A DNA stretch of 64,000 nt, taken from assembly GCF_009914755.1 (NCBI RefSeq), contig NC_060925.1. One strand, written 5' to 3'. Origin of the DNA: the human T2T-CHM13v2.0 reference genome, Homo sapiens. Both the position numbers and the translations under genes were made by a program. Every line of letters starts with the position of its first letter. The first letter of the stretch is position 1. The notes under the pieces are model-generated. The model saw only the letters and a program-made list of their open reading frames with translations. It did not search any database and was not told the DNA's origin. Below are positions 13,609 to 64,000 of this stretch, one piece after another.

Positions 13609-13728
13609 TTAGGAATCTGAAAGAAATCTCCAAGTGTTAAGGAGAGCTGTGTGAGAAAAGCAAGCAAAATGGGGCCAAGAGAACATGAGCTGAACACACA
13701 ATCTCTTTTCCTCTTGAGATTCACTCAC

Positions 13729-13873
13729 CCTTCTATGTCAACGTTCTCTTCCTTGGGGCCTGGCTCCCCAACAAGTGGCACTGTCACTGAATGATAGGTG
13801 ATTATGGGCCCGGGGCACTTCCGCTTCTTATGAACCTGCTTCTTTTTATCAGCCTCGAGCCGCTCATATGTCT
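13729..13873 (-). CDS. VPS72: VPS72 exon 5
   Basis: (E)TYERLEADKKKQVHKKRKCPGPIITYHSVTVPLVGEPGPKEENVDIE(G); acceptor cctaaag, donor GTGAGT. Confidence 0.93.
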
Positions 13874-14208
13874 CTTTAGGGTCAAAGGAAGAAATGAGGG
13901 GATGATCAGAATGTCCCTTTTTCCCATATCCCAGTACTGTCCCACGATCTCTCAATTATCTTCCTGGCTATCTAGTCACTGCCAACTACCAGAGACAACT
14001 ATGGAAGTCCCCTAAGGCCGTCTGGCACCTCCCATTTTGTAAGTTTTCTGCTTATAAGTTTTTTCTTGACATCCTCTCTGCTCATTTCTCAAGTACACCT
14101 GGGCCCTCCATAGTACCTCAGAGTTGGAAGGTACCCTTTGATGAGGAGCTTATTTGCTTTCCCAGATACCAAAATCTCCTCTACAAATGCCCTGTCAATT
14201 CACTCCTA

Positions 14209-14331
<123 letters not shown>

Positions 14332-14394
14332 CTAGGCAGCAGAGTGAGATCATATCTCCAAAAAAAAAATTAGTAAGGTAGGAAATTATATTTA

Positions 14395-14580
14395 AATATA
14401 GAGATTTCTGGTCGCTCTTAAACAACAAGAAAATCTCGCAACCCTGGGTCTGCATTCTTACAGGGGAACAATTAGCTGAGCTGAGTAACTGTTCCTCCTT
14501 TCAGGCACTCCTCTCCAGTTCACCACCATCCCTCTGGCTGGCTGCACACTTCATGTTACCTGCCTGGTCTCCGTGATACT
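14395..14580. mobile_element. Possible MER102-like hAT DNA transposon fragment
   Basis: Resembles recalled MER102 motifs (gcaaccctgggtc...atgttacctgcctgg). By eye only. Confidence 0.35.
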
Positions 14581-14727
14581 GCTCCATGGCGATGCACTAT
14601 TGGTATATATGTCTCCTCCTTAAGGGCAGTGACTATAACTCATATTGCCTAAATATTATCAGGGTGATACAGCATTTTCCACATTACAGGCACTCATTAA
14701 ATATTTGTTAATGAATAAATGAATCAA

Positions 14728-19200
<4,473 letters not shown>

Positions 19201-19229
19201 TACAGTGGTCCAAACCAATCGCTCTGTAG

Positions 19230-19553
<324 letters not shown>

Positions 19554-20044
19554 TGAAGGACTAATCTGCTGACTTCACGTTCTCATGATTATCATTAAAG
19601 TCAACATTATCACCCCCTGCTTTTTTTTTTTTAAAGAGATGGGGTTTCACTATGTTGTCCAGGCTGGTTATGAACTCCTGGCCTCAAGTGATCCTCCTGC
19701 CTAAATTTCCTGAGTCATTAGGTATATACCCCATTTTATAAACAAGAAAAGCAAAATGTGAATAAGTAATTTACCTACAGACTTAAAGCAAATGAATAGC
19801 AGAACGAGGATTTGACCTCAGTTCTATACAACTCTTATTTTACACCAAAGTACCTTAGCTTGTTCTTCAGAGTGCTCATAACTGCCTAGACTCTTGCACC
19901 TAATTACCTACTCTCCGCCATTTCTTCCTTCTGATTCCATCATCCCAAATTTCCATCTCTCCAGTTCTTTGGTCCTCCAGGTCTCATGGTTTTTCTCATG
20001 CCCCTCAGCCCCTCTACTCACTTTTTCTGAAACCACAGACTTAC

Positions 20045-20221
20045 CCAGTGACCGTAAATTAAGCTCTTCTGTGATCTTGGCCTCCCGGAGCAGTTCCTCC
20101 TGGGTTAGTGGCCGCTCACAGTGGGGCCCCTTTCGCCGTCTTGACTGGCCCTGCCTCTCCTGTACCCGAAGGAACGTTTGTCGTGTATGCTCAGCTGTAG
20201 ACTGACGCATAGACTTCCGAC
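20045..20221 (-). CDS. VPS72: VPS72 exon 4
   Basis: (S)RKSMRQSTAEHTRQTFLRVQERQG...LTQEELLREAKITEELNLRSL; acceptor cttccag, donor GTAAGT. Confidence 0.95.
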
Positions 20222-20235
20222 CTGGAAGAGAGTGA

Positions 20236-20493
<258 letters not shown>

Positions 20494-21233
20494 TAGTAGA
20501 GATGGGGTTTCATCATGTTAGCCAGGATGGTCTTGAACTACTGACCTCGTGATCTGCCTGCCTCGGCCTCCCAAAATGCTGGGATTACAGGCATGAGCAA
20601 CCGTGCCTGGCCTGAAATAATTTCAAACCTACGAAGTTGCAAGAATAGTACAAGGAATACTCATGTATCTTTTACCCCATCACCTATTGGTAATATTTTG
20701 GCCCTTTTGCATTTTGTTATGTGTGGTTTTTTTCTGAATGATCTAAATTAGGTAACTAAAGTTGTACACATCATGGCCTTTATCCCTAAATATTTCAGTG
20801 TGTATTTCCTAAGAATGAGGATTTTCCTACCCATAGTAAGTTATCAACATCAGTAAATTTTTTCTTCTTTTTATTACTTTTTTCTGGTGACAGAGTTTTG
20901 CTCTTGTTGCCCAGGCTGGAGTGCAATGGTGTAACCTCCACCTCCCAGGTTCAAGCAATTCTCCTGCCTCAGCCTCCCAAGTAGCTGGGATTACAGGGGC
21001 CCACCACCACACCTGGCTAATTTTTGTATTTTTAGTAGAGACGGAATTTCACCATGTTGGCCAGGCTGGTATCGAACTCCTGACCTCAGGTGATCTACCC
21101 GCCTAGGCCTCCCAAAGTGCTGGGATTCTAGGAGTGAGCCACCGCACCCAGCAACATCAGTAAATTTAACACTGATATGATACTTTATTATTATATTCCA
21201 ATTTTGCCAATTGACCCTAACATCCCTACTCAC

Positions 21234-21348
21234 TGTCAGAGCCGTCATCTTGTAGTTCTAATGGCAGTAGTGCCTTCTCTTCTCGCGCCTTCTGAGAGCT
21301 ACCAGCCGGGGTGTTGACCTTTCGAGGCCTTAAGCTCTTGAGAGGTTC
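21234..21348 (-). CDS. VPS72: VPS72 exon 3
   Basis: EPLKSLRPRKVNTPAGSSQKAREEKALLPLELQDDGSD; acceptor tcctcag, donor GTGAGT. Confidence 0.95.
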
Positions 21349-21525
21349 CTGAGGACAGATTGGAATCAGATACTGGGGAACAGAAGAAGTCAGGAGAAAT
21401 ATGAGGATCTCAATGAGAGAAAACTAGCATTGCCAGAAATGGAAGTGGCATAGGGAGTACTGGGACCTGATGAAAGAGAGAATAGGAATTGAGGAAATCC
21501 AAGACAACTAGGACTCCCCCTGTAC

Positions 21526-21678
21526 CTTATAGGCCTTGGTGACTACTCGGCGCTTCCTTCTTGGCTCTTCTGCTTCTCCATCACTGGATGGTTCATCCCC
21601 TTCATCAATGTCAAAGTCAGAGTCCACTTCGTCCTCTGTGTCTGACTGGTCCCCTTGATACTCATCATCTCCGGATTC
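21526..21678 (-). CDS. VPS72: VPS72 exon 2 (acidic H2A.Z-binding region)
   Basis: ESGDDEYQGDQSDTEDEVDSDFDIDEGDEPSSDGEAEEPRRKRRVVTKAYK; acceptor ccttag, donor GTACAG. Confidence 0.95.
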
Positions 21679-21952
21679 CTAAGGACACAGGGAGATAAGG
21701 GTTGGCTGGCAATGGAAGCCTTAATGCCCCTTCAGGAGGAACAGAATCTCTCGACTTTCTTGATAAGGGCTGCCCTACTCTCCTTCCTAATCCAGCCCTT
21801 CATTTTCCTCAGGCAAGAAAACTTTCTAGCTAATGGCCTTTGGCTCCAGTACCACCTCCTTCCAACATTAATTGATAGCCCTTTACCTGCAACACACTGT
21901 TAAGTACTGGGGAACAAAAGGATATGGTTTGGTCTCTACCTTCAGGGGCTTA

Positions 21953-22324
<372 letters not shown>

Positions 22325-24064
22325 CTATGATTGAAAACACTGTTAGTATTTAGACAGCCAAGAGGGAGGAAGGAATCATGGGCAGATGAAATAGCAGAAA
22401 CAAAGGCACAGAAATGGTAATGTGTATAGCATGTTTATGGAATAAGGATTTAGATCTAAGTAAAACTTTTCTCTGTCAAGAAACCTTGTTAGCCAACTGC
22501 ATTTGGCTCCAGCACTGCCTCCTTCCAACACTGATTGCACTGTAGGACTGTATGATTTGAAAAGAAGGTTGCATTCCATTTATGGAGAAACTTAAATGTC
22601 ACACTAATAAACACGCTTTTAACCTGCAGGCCAGTGATTCTCAATCCCCTCCATCTCCTTATTTTCCCTACCATTGATAATCATTGTTGAGGTAAACTAA
22701 AGTTACTGAGAGAAATATGTGTCATTCCTCAGGCGTGTTGGGACAGAAAAACAGCTGAGTACTGCTACTATGGATAATGGAGGGCCACTGAAGATTTAGG
22801 GGAGGGGTAATGGTATGTACAATGGGTATTTCAGAAAGCTCTGGGGGCAGTTAGATGGCCTGGAGTAGAGAACGTGAAGTACAGCCTAGACCTCAGGTGA
22901 ACTGGTTAGGGCTAGAATGGCAGCCATATTATAAAGAAAAGGGAAAAAAGCCACTTGAGGGAGAGGGAGTCAACTGGGCTGGCTGACACCTCACATATGT
23001 GGTTCTCTCTTCAATCAGTGATGCAGACTAATGGGCTAATCTTGGTACACATGATGCCAAAGCAAGCAAATAACACAGATGGCTGACACTCCAAGCCAGC
23101 CAGAGTTCAATTTTGCACTGATGACCATCATTTCCTCCTAACTGATGTTTGTAAAAGACAGCCTGGGAACACATTAATCCCCTCAGCTTTAATCTGGTAT
23201 TAAGCCATATCACCAGAGGGTAGTAGATCAACCACACATTAGCTTAGTGCCCAATCAACATACTTGCACTAAATTAAGGATTTACTACCATTCCTTCGGC
23301 TTTTATTGAGAGTCATTAAGAGACATCACTAGAAAAGAGAATGTTTGTATATCATCTATGAAAACCATTACTTTTTATAATATAAGGATATAATGATAAA
23401 TGCTCCCTAGGATTTAAGGCTGAAAAAGTTTGTGTCTCTTGAAGAACTTGTATGCTTCTTTCTTACTAAAAAAAGAAATACAAGGTTTGGCTACCAGGAA
23501 GCTCACAACTAAATTTAATATCAATTGCTATTACCATTTTAGCAGAGGTTCCTGGTACAATTACTTCTGATCTGTCTCTATTTTTACTGTTCCTACTTTT
23601 TGTTTATATTGTAAGCCTCCTTAAATCCTTTTTGGAAGCATGAAGGGTACATATTAAATAACAAGTCGTAAAATGACAGAAATAGGAAAATGGCCTTAGA
23701 GGAGGGATGAGAAAGTTCTATTTTAAACTAGTTGGTTAGGGCTGTGTCAGTAATGACTCTGTCAGTGATGTGGGTTTTTTTTTTTTTTGAGACAGAGTCT
23801 CACTCTGTCGCCCAGGCTGGAGGGCAGTGGCGCAATCCACTGCAACCTCTGCCTCCTGGGTTCAAGTGATTCTCCTGCCTCAGCCTCCTAAGTAGCTGGA
23901 ATTACAGGCACACGCCACCACAACCAGCTAATTTTTTGCATTTTTAGTAGTGACAGGGTTTCACCATGTTGGTCAGGCTGGTCTCGAACTCCTGACCTCG
24001 TGATCCACCCGCCTCAGCCTCCCAAAGTGCTGGAATTACAGGCGTGAGCCACCACACCCAGCCC

Positions 24065-25035
24065 CTAAGTCCTGTGGGTTCTATTCCTTAATTTCTCTTG
24101 AATCTTTCTGTTTCTCTACTGCCATGCCCCCTTCAAGCCATTCTCATTACAGAGTAAGTAACCTTCCTAAAGTACAAATTTCATCGTGGAATTCTGATGA
24201 CTCTTCTCAGTCCTCTGGATGAAGAGCAAAATTCCTTAACATAGCTCACAAGGCCCTAAAGGATCTGGCCCATGCCTACTCCCTGCAGGCTTATCAATCT
24301 TTAGTCTCCTTCATGCTCTGGAGAATGAAAGTAGACTTGCAGGTCCTAGACCAGGATCTCAATGTCTTTACATACTCAGCCCATCCTGCTCTGTGGACTA
24401 ACCTTTCTCCTTCTCCTGCTTTTCATCAAGCTAAGGTCTACTTTTCAAACTGTCCTCAGCTTAAACATCATCCCTCCAGGGATGCCTATCCTGATCAACA
24501 ACTTTGGTTCAGATGTATTACCTTAACACTCTTACACCTTGTTTTAGTCCTTATCACACATTTTTTGTTTGTTTTTGAGACGGAGTCCTGCTCTGTCGCC
24601 CAGGCTGGAGTGCAGTGGTACGATCTCGGCTCACTGCAACCTCCTCCTCCCAGGTTCAAGCGATTCTCTGCCTCAGCCTCCTGAGTAGCTGGGACTATAG
24701 GCGCACACCACCACGCTTGGCTAATTTTTGTATTTTAATAGAGACAGGGGGTTTTACCATGTTGGCCAGGATGGTCTCGATTTCCTGACCTTGTGATCCA
24801 CCCGCCTCGGCCTTCCAAAGTGCTGGGATTACAGGCGTGAGCCACTGTGCCCGGCCAAAGCCACTGTGCTCGGCCTATCACACAGTATTTTAACTGTTAA
24901 CCCAGGCAGTTACCCCACTGGGGCATGGAGTATGTAAGGACAGAGCACTGTTTTTAATATTCTGTTTCCCTAGAGCCTAAAACAACCTATTACCGATGGC
25001 ATGCTCTGGGTACTCAACACATTTAATAAACGGGT
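24065..25035 (+). mobile_element. L2 3'-end fragment interrupted by an antisense Alu (24560-24856)
   Basis: L2-type motifs (attccttaacatagctcacaaggccct...gatctggccc; tactcaacacatttaataaa). Confidence 0.6.
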
Positions 25036-25499
25036 AGATTCAACTAATAAAAATTTAGCAAGTGGCAGCCCAGTCCGGACACCTCACACATAATGTTGAA
25101 CAAAACAGACCATCTCTAACTTTATACAGTTTACAATGCAATAGAAAAGCATAAGCAAGTAAGCAAACCAAATCTAATTGCAAATTGAAATATGTTCTGT
25201 GGAAGAAATAAATGGGGACACTTGTTAGGATAGTCAAGGAAGGGTTATCTTCCTGAGAAAACATTTACACTGAGACCTGAAAGCTGAAAAAGAAGTGGGC
25301 TAAGCTCCTCTACTTTTGGAGCGGTTCCTTTCCATGTCTCAGGTGAATAATCCAGCAGTGGGCCAACGAGTATACATCGAGCAACTGTCTACTACTATGT
25401 GTGTGCCTCGTGTATGCTGGACGTCAGAAGTACAGTGAAAGATGCAACCACGCAAGTATACGGTAGGTTTCTGCCGTTCTCTGTTCTCTGGAGTGCCTC

Positions 25500-26070
25500 C
25501 GGAGAGCTTCTCCGTCTCAGGCCCCTTTGACCCCATCCAGAGCTCTCCCTTCTAGGACTCCACACTATCCGTTCCCCCGCCTCGCCCCCCGGCTCCGATT
25601 CACCCACCCAACTCGAGTATCAGCTCCCAGAGCTCCTCTCTATTCCCCGCCCTCTTCTTCTTTGTCCGGGGTTTCTCCCTTCAGGGCTCCTCTTTGCCTC
25701 CTCCCCTCCCTTTTCCCAGGCCCGGATCTTGCCTCTGTGAAACCCCCATAAGTCGTCTGGTAGAACTCATCTTCCTCCTCTGCCTCCAAAAGCCCAGAAA
25801 GCCGGTTCCCAGCGGTCTTCCGGGGTGCCCGGCCCCCAGCCAAACTCATACCGCCTACCGAGACTGCGCCGCCACCTGCAGCCCCTCACCAGCTCGGTTT
25901 TGGGAGCTCGACGCTCGACATCACTACCTGCGGGTGGCCACCAGCGGCGGAAGTCGGGCGTTTACAGGCAGAAGTAACAGAGTGTCGAGAGACTCCCAGT
26001 CCCACCCTCTAAACCCTCTTTACTCTTCAGCCTCTCCTACTCCTGCGCGGATGCTCTAGGCCGCTTGCTC
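25500..26070 (-). promoter_or_regulatory. VPS72 CpG-island promoter
   Basis: CpG-rich segment around the ATG; ETS motif GCGGAAGT 25947-25954. Confidence 0.7.
25733..25849 (-). CDS. VPS72: VPS72 first coding exon (aa 1-39)
   Basis: MSLAGGRAPRKTAGNRLSGLLEAEEEDEFYQTTYGGFTE. Joins exon 2 in phase 0 only via the GC donor GAG|GCAAGA. Confidence 0.93.
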
Positions 26071-26199
26071 TAGTACCCAGCGATCTCCCTTGCTCAATGA
26101 GTCCACTTGGTGGTACGAAGACCCCCATAACCCTAAGTCAACACATTTTATTTTATTTATTTTTATTTTATATATATATATGGTTTTTTTTTTCCGTAG

Positions 26200-26622
<423 letters not shown>

Positions 26623-26676
26623 TAAAGTCAAAAATCCTTGAGGAAGGAAGCATAGTATTGTGGTTAAAAACACAGC

Positions 26677-29108
<2,432 letters not shown>

Positions 29109-29109
29109 G

Positions 29110-29682
<573 letters not shown>

Positions 29683-30124
29683 TCAGTATTCAGATCCTTC
29701 ATAATTTAGCCTCTCCCTGTCCTTCTAGTCACACCTCCTGCGACATCACTACTCCAGCATCTCTCCCCTAACACCCAATTCTCTGTCATGCCTCTATGCC
29801 TTTCTTTCTCCTTAGAATCCCTTTCCTTTCTTTTCTAATTTTATGGGAGAGTGGAGTCTTCCTGAACACCCATTCCTCTCTTTCCAGGCACAATTCATAT
29901 AACTATGGAGATGATGTCTTCTGTAGTCTCTGGAATAGTTCCAATCTCAAATATTGTCTGTTGTAAAGACTGTTCTCATTTTTTATTCTGAAAATATGGT
30001 TATCAAACCATAGCACTTACACAAACTTTATGATGGCACCTATTACATTGTATTCTAATGATTCACATGTCTGTTCCCCTCATTAGTCTGTGATCTTTTT
30101 GAGGGCAGGGGCTTAATCTTTTCC

Positions 30125-33311
<3,187 letters not shown>

Positions 33312-33999
33312 ACAAAACCTGTTTTAATGGAGTTATTTCATGGGCCATGAGTTTGAGAGGATCTATCTGACCGACTCTTACCCCGAATGTTTTACCATTC
33401 CTCTTTATTTATTCATTCCACAGATAATTATGGAGCCCCTACTATGTACGAAGTCACTGGAGGAGCTGGAGATACAAGAGTGAACCAAACACAGTCCTTG
33501 CTCCCCAGAAGTTTTACAGTCTGCTCAGAGAGACTGGTCTTCCCACCAGGGTTCATAGCCTACGGGGTACTTTGTTAAAAACGAGCAGTTACTACGAAGA
33601 CTACAATGGGAGAAATTTTTCTGTGTATCTCCATGCCCTTTGGAGCACAGATAATTGACAGTTGGAGGCTAAAGGGGTTGGGTCGCGGGAAGGTTGTGAT
33701 AAGTCCCTGATAGCCTCCCGTGCCCTTTTTTGACAGGTCTTCACTGATTCATGCATCAAATATTTACTGAACTCCGTCACTGTGCAGTGCCTAACTTTGT
33801 GCTTGAGGCAAACAAAACACAGATCTATTTCGAATGCCATTCCGAGGAAGGTAAGACATGCACGCACGTTTAATCAAATAGTAAACAAGAGTAGTAAAAC
33901 AGGAAAAAGACTAAGAAGAGTTCTTGGTGGTATTAAATGTTTTGTGATATTCGACACCTTAACGTCTCTGACTTGACACCAGTACTCCCGCAGAGAGTT

Positions 34000-34950
34000 C
34001 TTTCCTGGGTTAGGAATTTCAGAGGACTTGGCGGACCGACTCTTGTCCCGAGTTCAGATCACTCGACCCAGTCCTAGCAAAGAACTGAACCTAAGAGGAC
34101 CTGCCGAGCCACCGTAGGGACTGTCGGCCAACCCGCGCGCGCACATCTTCCACCCGTGGACTCGTCAGGGCGTGAGGACCCACCTCACGTGACCATTAGC
34201 AGCCTCCCGATTGGTTTTGCTCCTTTTTTCTCCCCAATGAGTGGGCTGATGCCCCGAGAAGGTCGGGCGCATGCGCAGTGCTCGGATTTTTTGCTTGGCT
34301 ACCCGGAGTGAAGCGGCCGGGTTGGGCGATTAACAGGCCGTGGTTAGGAAGGACGGAGAAGGGGCGTTCGCTCCTTTGGGACTTTTCATGCCTCGTTTTT
34401 TTTTCAGATGTGGCTTGGTCTGGGCGCAAGGTCCCAGCAGCCAGCTTAAGCTTACTCTTCTGTGAAAGGGGAAAGTATCCCCTGTGGAAAGCGGTTAAAC
34501 TTGTGGAGGGGGTGCGGGACGTGAGTTCTTCCCCATGCCAGGCGAATGGTGTGGCCTTGAGCTGGTCCAGGAGCCGGCTCGACGTGTCTGAGGGAGGCCC
34601 CGGAGGGGGCGGGGAGGTGGCCCACAGAACGCGGGTTCTGTAAAGAGACGTTGGGAAGATTCGATTCCGAGAAGAGGAAGAACCGGATTGAAAGAGAGCC
34701 AGGCCGCTGAGGGGGAGGGGGCTGCTAAGATGGCGTCGGCCTCCTCCGGGCCGTCGTCTTCGGTCGGTTTTTCATCCTTTGATCCCGCGGTCCCTTCCTG
34801 TACCTTGTCCTCAGGTAAGCCCGGCAGGGCGTGGGTAGGGAGCTGGTGAGGAATATGCGATGGGAGGAAGAGCGAGACCTAAGAGGGTACCTGTAGCTGG
34901 GAATGTCCTACGTGTTACCGGTAAGTGGGCGCGAGCTGGGCTTTCAAATA
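34000..34950 (+). promoter_or_regulatory. PIP5K1A CpG-island promoter and 5' UTR
   Basis: TCACGTGAC E-box 34185-34193; CCAAT boxes 34210-34214 (reverse) and 34234-34238; NRF1 palindrome GCGCATGCGC 34267-34276; YY1-type AAGATGGCG over the ATG. Confidence 0.8.
34730..34814 (+). CDS. PIP5K1A: Phosphatidylinositol-4-phosphate 5-kinase type-1 alpha, coding exon 1
   Basis: AAGATGG Kozak context; MASASSGPSSSVGFSSFDPAVPSCTLSS; donor CAG|GTAAGC. Too short for the ORF track. Confidence 0.93.
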
Positions 34951-34951
34951 G

Positions 34952-59690
<24,739 letters not shown>

Positions 59691-59950
59691 TATATTTCCC
59701 AGAGAAAATATGGATATTTGAATAAGAAAGGGGTCTAGAATAAAAATGGAATATGCACGAGGCCTATGTGAGTATGGAGAAGGAGAGAGGGACATACACA
59801 GTTGCTATCCAAAAGGATCTGGTATTACTGAGCAAGAGGCAGGAGTTTATACTTATGTTTAGTTTGACTCAAACTCTGATGGTTTCAGTATGCTTGACAG
59901 AGATGTGAGTGTGTGATACACTCTTATGATTGTTTTTTTTTCCCCCCTAG

Positions 59951-59985
59951 CAGCATCTGGAATCAAGAGACCCATGGCATCTGAG
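59951..59985 (+). CDS. PIP5K1A: PIP5K1A exon 2 (35 or 32 nt, NAGNAG acceptor)
   Basis: Acceptor cccTAG-CAG; (A)ASGIKRPMASE; donor GTGAGT. Confidence 0.92.
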
Positions 59986-60076
59986 GTGAGTTTCATACTG
60001 ATACAATGGTTACTAAAACCTTAATTCTGGGATAGAAGGAACCTGTTTATGACATTTTTATTTTTTCTCTACTTAG

Positions 60077-60112
60077 GTCTTGGAAGCTAGACAGGATTCT
60101 TACATCTCATTG
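60077..60112 (+). CDS. PIP5K1A: PIP5K1A exon 3, 36-nt cassette microexon
   Basis: Acceptor acttag; VLEARQDSYISL; donor GTAGGC; phase 0-0. Confidence 0.85.
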
Positions 60113-60159
60113 GTAGGCTAGAAATTATGCAACTCATCTTTTATTGTAGTTTATTTTAA

Positions 60160-60405
60160 ATATTAACAATATCTCACATTTATTGAGCATTTTTAATGTA
60201 CCAAATGCAATATATACCAAAAAGTAAATACTGTACCTAAGTGCCCTTTAAGATATTCTTATTTAATCCTTCAAACAACTACAGTGAGGCAAATACTGTT
60301 ATCTGTTTTACAGATGAAGAAAGTGAGGATTGCATAGTTACTAAGTGGGATTAGTAAAGCTGGGATTCAAATTCAAACCCAGGCAGTCTGACACTAAAGC
60401 TCACT
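60160..60405 (-). mobile_element. MIR SINE
   Basis: Reverse MIR core (ttttacagatgaagaaagtgagg...aaacccaggcagtctgac). Confidence 0.8.
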
Positions 60406-60757
60406 TTCTTTGTTTTGCTGTTATGGCCTCCTGATTGCATACCTTCGATGAATATGAAGAACTTTTAGCCATGCAGAAGCTGTTAGTTTCACAAGTTTCT
60501 CTTTTTTGTCCAGAATATCGCCATTTTGCTCAACTTTCTTCCCATGGTGTATTTCCTAACCCTCTTCTCACTTCTTGCCTCTCCCCTGGGTTTTGTGAAA
60601 GGGGCCTCAGAATGCAGGCCCTTTTGACCTGGGACTTCAAACTTTCTCTCAGAACATCTTCCAGCATCTGTCAGGTGATATACTGAGAGTTTTCTGGTAC
60701 TAAGGGCCTTGGCTAAAAGAATAGAACTTGAATATCAGGTCTTAAGATTGGGACATC

Positions 60758-62758
<2,001 letters not shown>

Positions 62759-63027
62759 TCACTTTTATTTTCTGTGTCTTCTTTCTGAGGACCAAAGGGA
62801 AAATATGTGTCCCTTGGAGTTTTCTTCTGTGATCTTTTAGCCACTTAATTCATTGGGAACCAACATTATAGCTGTATATTTGCATGGGATAGATCTGAAG
62901 ATTTTGTAAAATGTTTTTAATCTAGAAAGAATATGTTGTTTCAGTTTATTTTGTTTTGATGTACCATTGTGGTAGCTATTTGGTGTCTTACATGGGAATT
63001 GTATTATAATCTTGACTCTTCTTCTAG

Positions 63028-63108
63028 GTGCCTTATGCCTCTGGCATGCCCATCAAGAAAATAGGCCATAGAAGTGTTGATTCCTCAGGAGAGACAACAT
63101 ATAAAAAG
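63028..63108 (+). CDS. PIP5K1A: PIP5K1A exon 4; gene continues off the right edge
   Basis: Acceptor cttctag; VPYASGMPIKKIGHRSVDSSGETTYKK; donor AAG|GTGTGT. Confidence 0.95.
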
Positions 63109-64000
63109 GTGTGTCTGGATGAAACCGTCTCATCTTACTCCAGGAGCTCAGCAGCTTACTCTGGGAACTCAGTCTCCTTGAAATTACTCTCCATGTACTG
63201 TCCTGTTTCTTGATCTCCTAAGCTTTTGCACATAATACAGCTTAGACTTTAGATTTATTTCTCAAAGGGTAAATTGTCTCCTTTTTGTATATGAATGTTT
63301 AAATGAGATTTTTTTTGGCTGGGCACAGTGCCCCAGGCCTGTAATCCCAGCACTTTGGGAAGCCGAGGCAGGCAGATCATTTTAGGCCAGGAGTTCAAGA
63401 CCAACCTGGCCAACATGATGAAACTCTGTCTCTACTAAAAATACAAAAATTAGCTGGGTGGCACACGCTTGTGGTCCCAGCTACTCGGGATGTTGAGGCA
63501 CGAGAATCGCTTGAACCTGAGAGGTGGAGGTTGCAGTGAGGTCAAATTGTGCCACTTGGTGGCACTAGCCTTGGTGACAGAACAAGACTCCATCTCAAAA
63601 GAAAAAAAAATTAGTGAACAAATCTGGCATTGGTTGCTATTTTACTGAGCTGAAGAAACTGGGTTTCCCTGTTAGGTATAAATATGTAACAAGGCCATGA
63701 AAGCCATTCTTATCTTACCACAGGGAACCATGTCTCTCGCAGTCTTTCTGTCTTTTTGTCCATTGCTGGGTATATATCAATAGAGGGCCAGGTCCCAGCC
63801 CAGCCTGTTGATACAAATATACACAATAGGTCAGACTTTTTTTTCTCTTCCATTTTTTTTTTAGAGCCAGGGTGTCAATCTGTCACCCAGGCTGGATTGC
63901 AGTGGCATGATCATTGGCCGGTAGCAGGAGGCTATTGTAACCTCCGACTCCTGGGCTCAAGTGATCTTCCTGCCTCAACCTCCTGAGTAGCTGGGACTAC

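Overview
Eukaryotic (human/primate) genomic DNA. Gene content and order identify the 1q21.3 cluster LYSMD1 (-, first coding exon only), SCNM1 (+, complete, 7 coding exons, 230 aa), TMOD4 (-, complete, 9 coding exons plus a non-coding exon 1, 345 aa), VPS72/YL1 (-, complete, 6 exons, 364 aa) and PIP5K1A (+, exons 1-4). I rebuilt every exon from splice sites and phase, and the three complete CDSs sum to whole codons (693, 1038 and 1095 nt). Roughly half the window by eye is Alu, with older MIR, L2, L1M and hAT relics beneath. Almost all ORFs in the supplied track are Alu-derived or antisense noise. I found no convincing new gene or new biological system. The most notable observations are: a GC-AG first intron and tandem 33-nt acceptors in VPS72; a muscle promoter (CArG box, E-boxes) squeezed behind the VPS72 poly(A) site; a possible SCNM1/TMOD4 3' overlap; inverted Alus bracketing SCNM1 exon 6; a NAGNAG acceptor, a 36-nt microexon and four uORFs in PIP5K1A; and three tiny A-tailed non-Alu insertions with perfect, short or decayed flanking repeats that look like retrocopies of unidentified short RNAs. 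Repeat boundaries and subfamily names are by eye and approximate.
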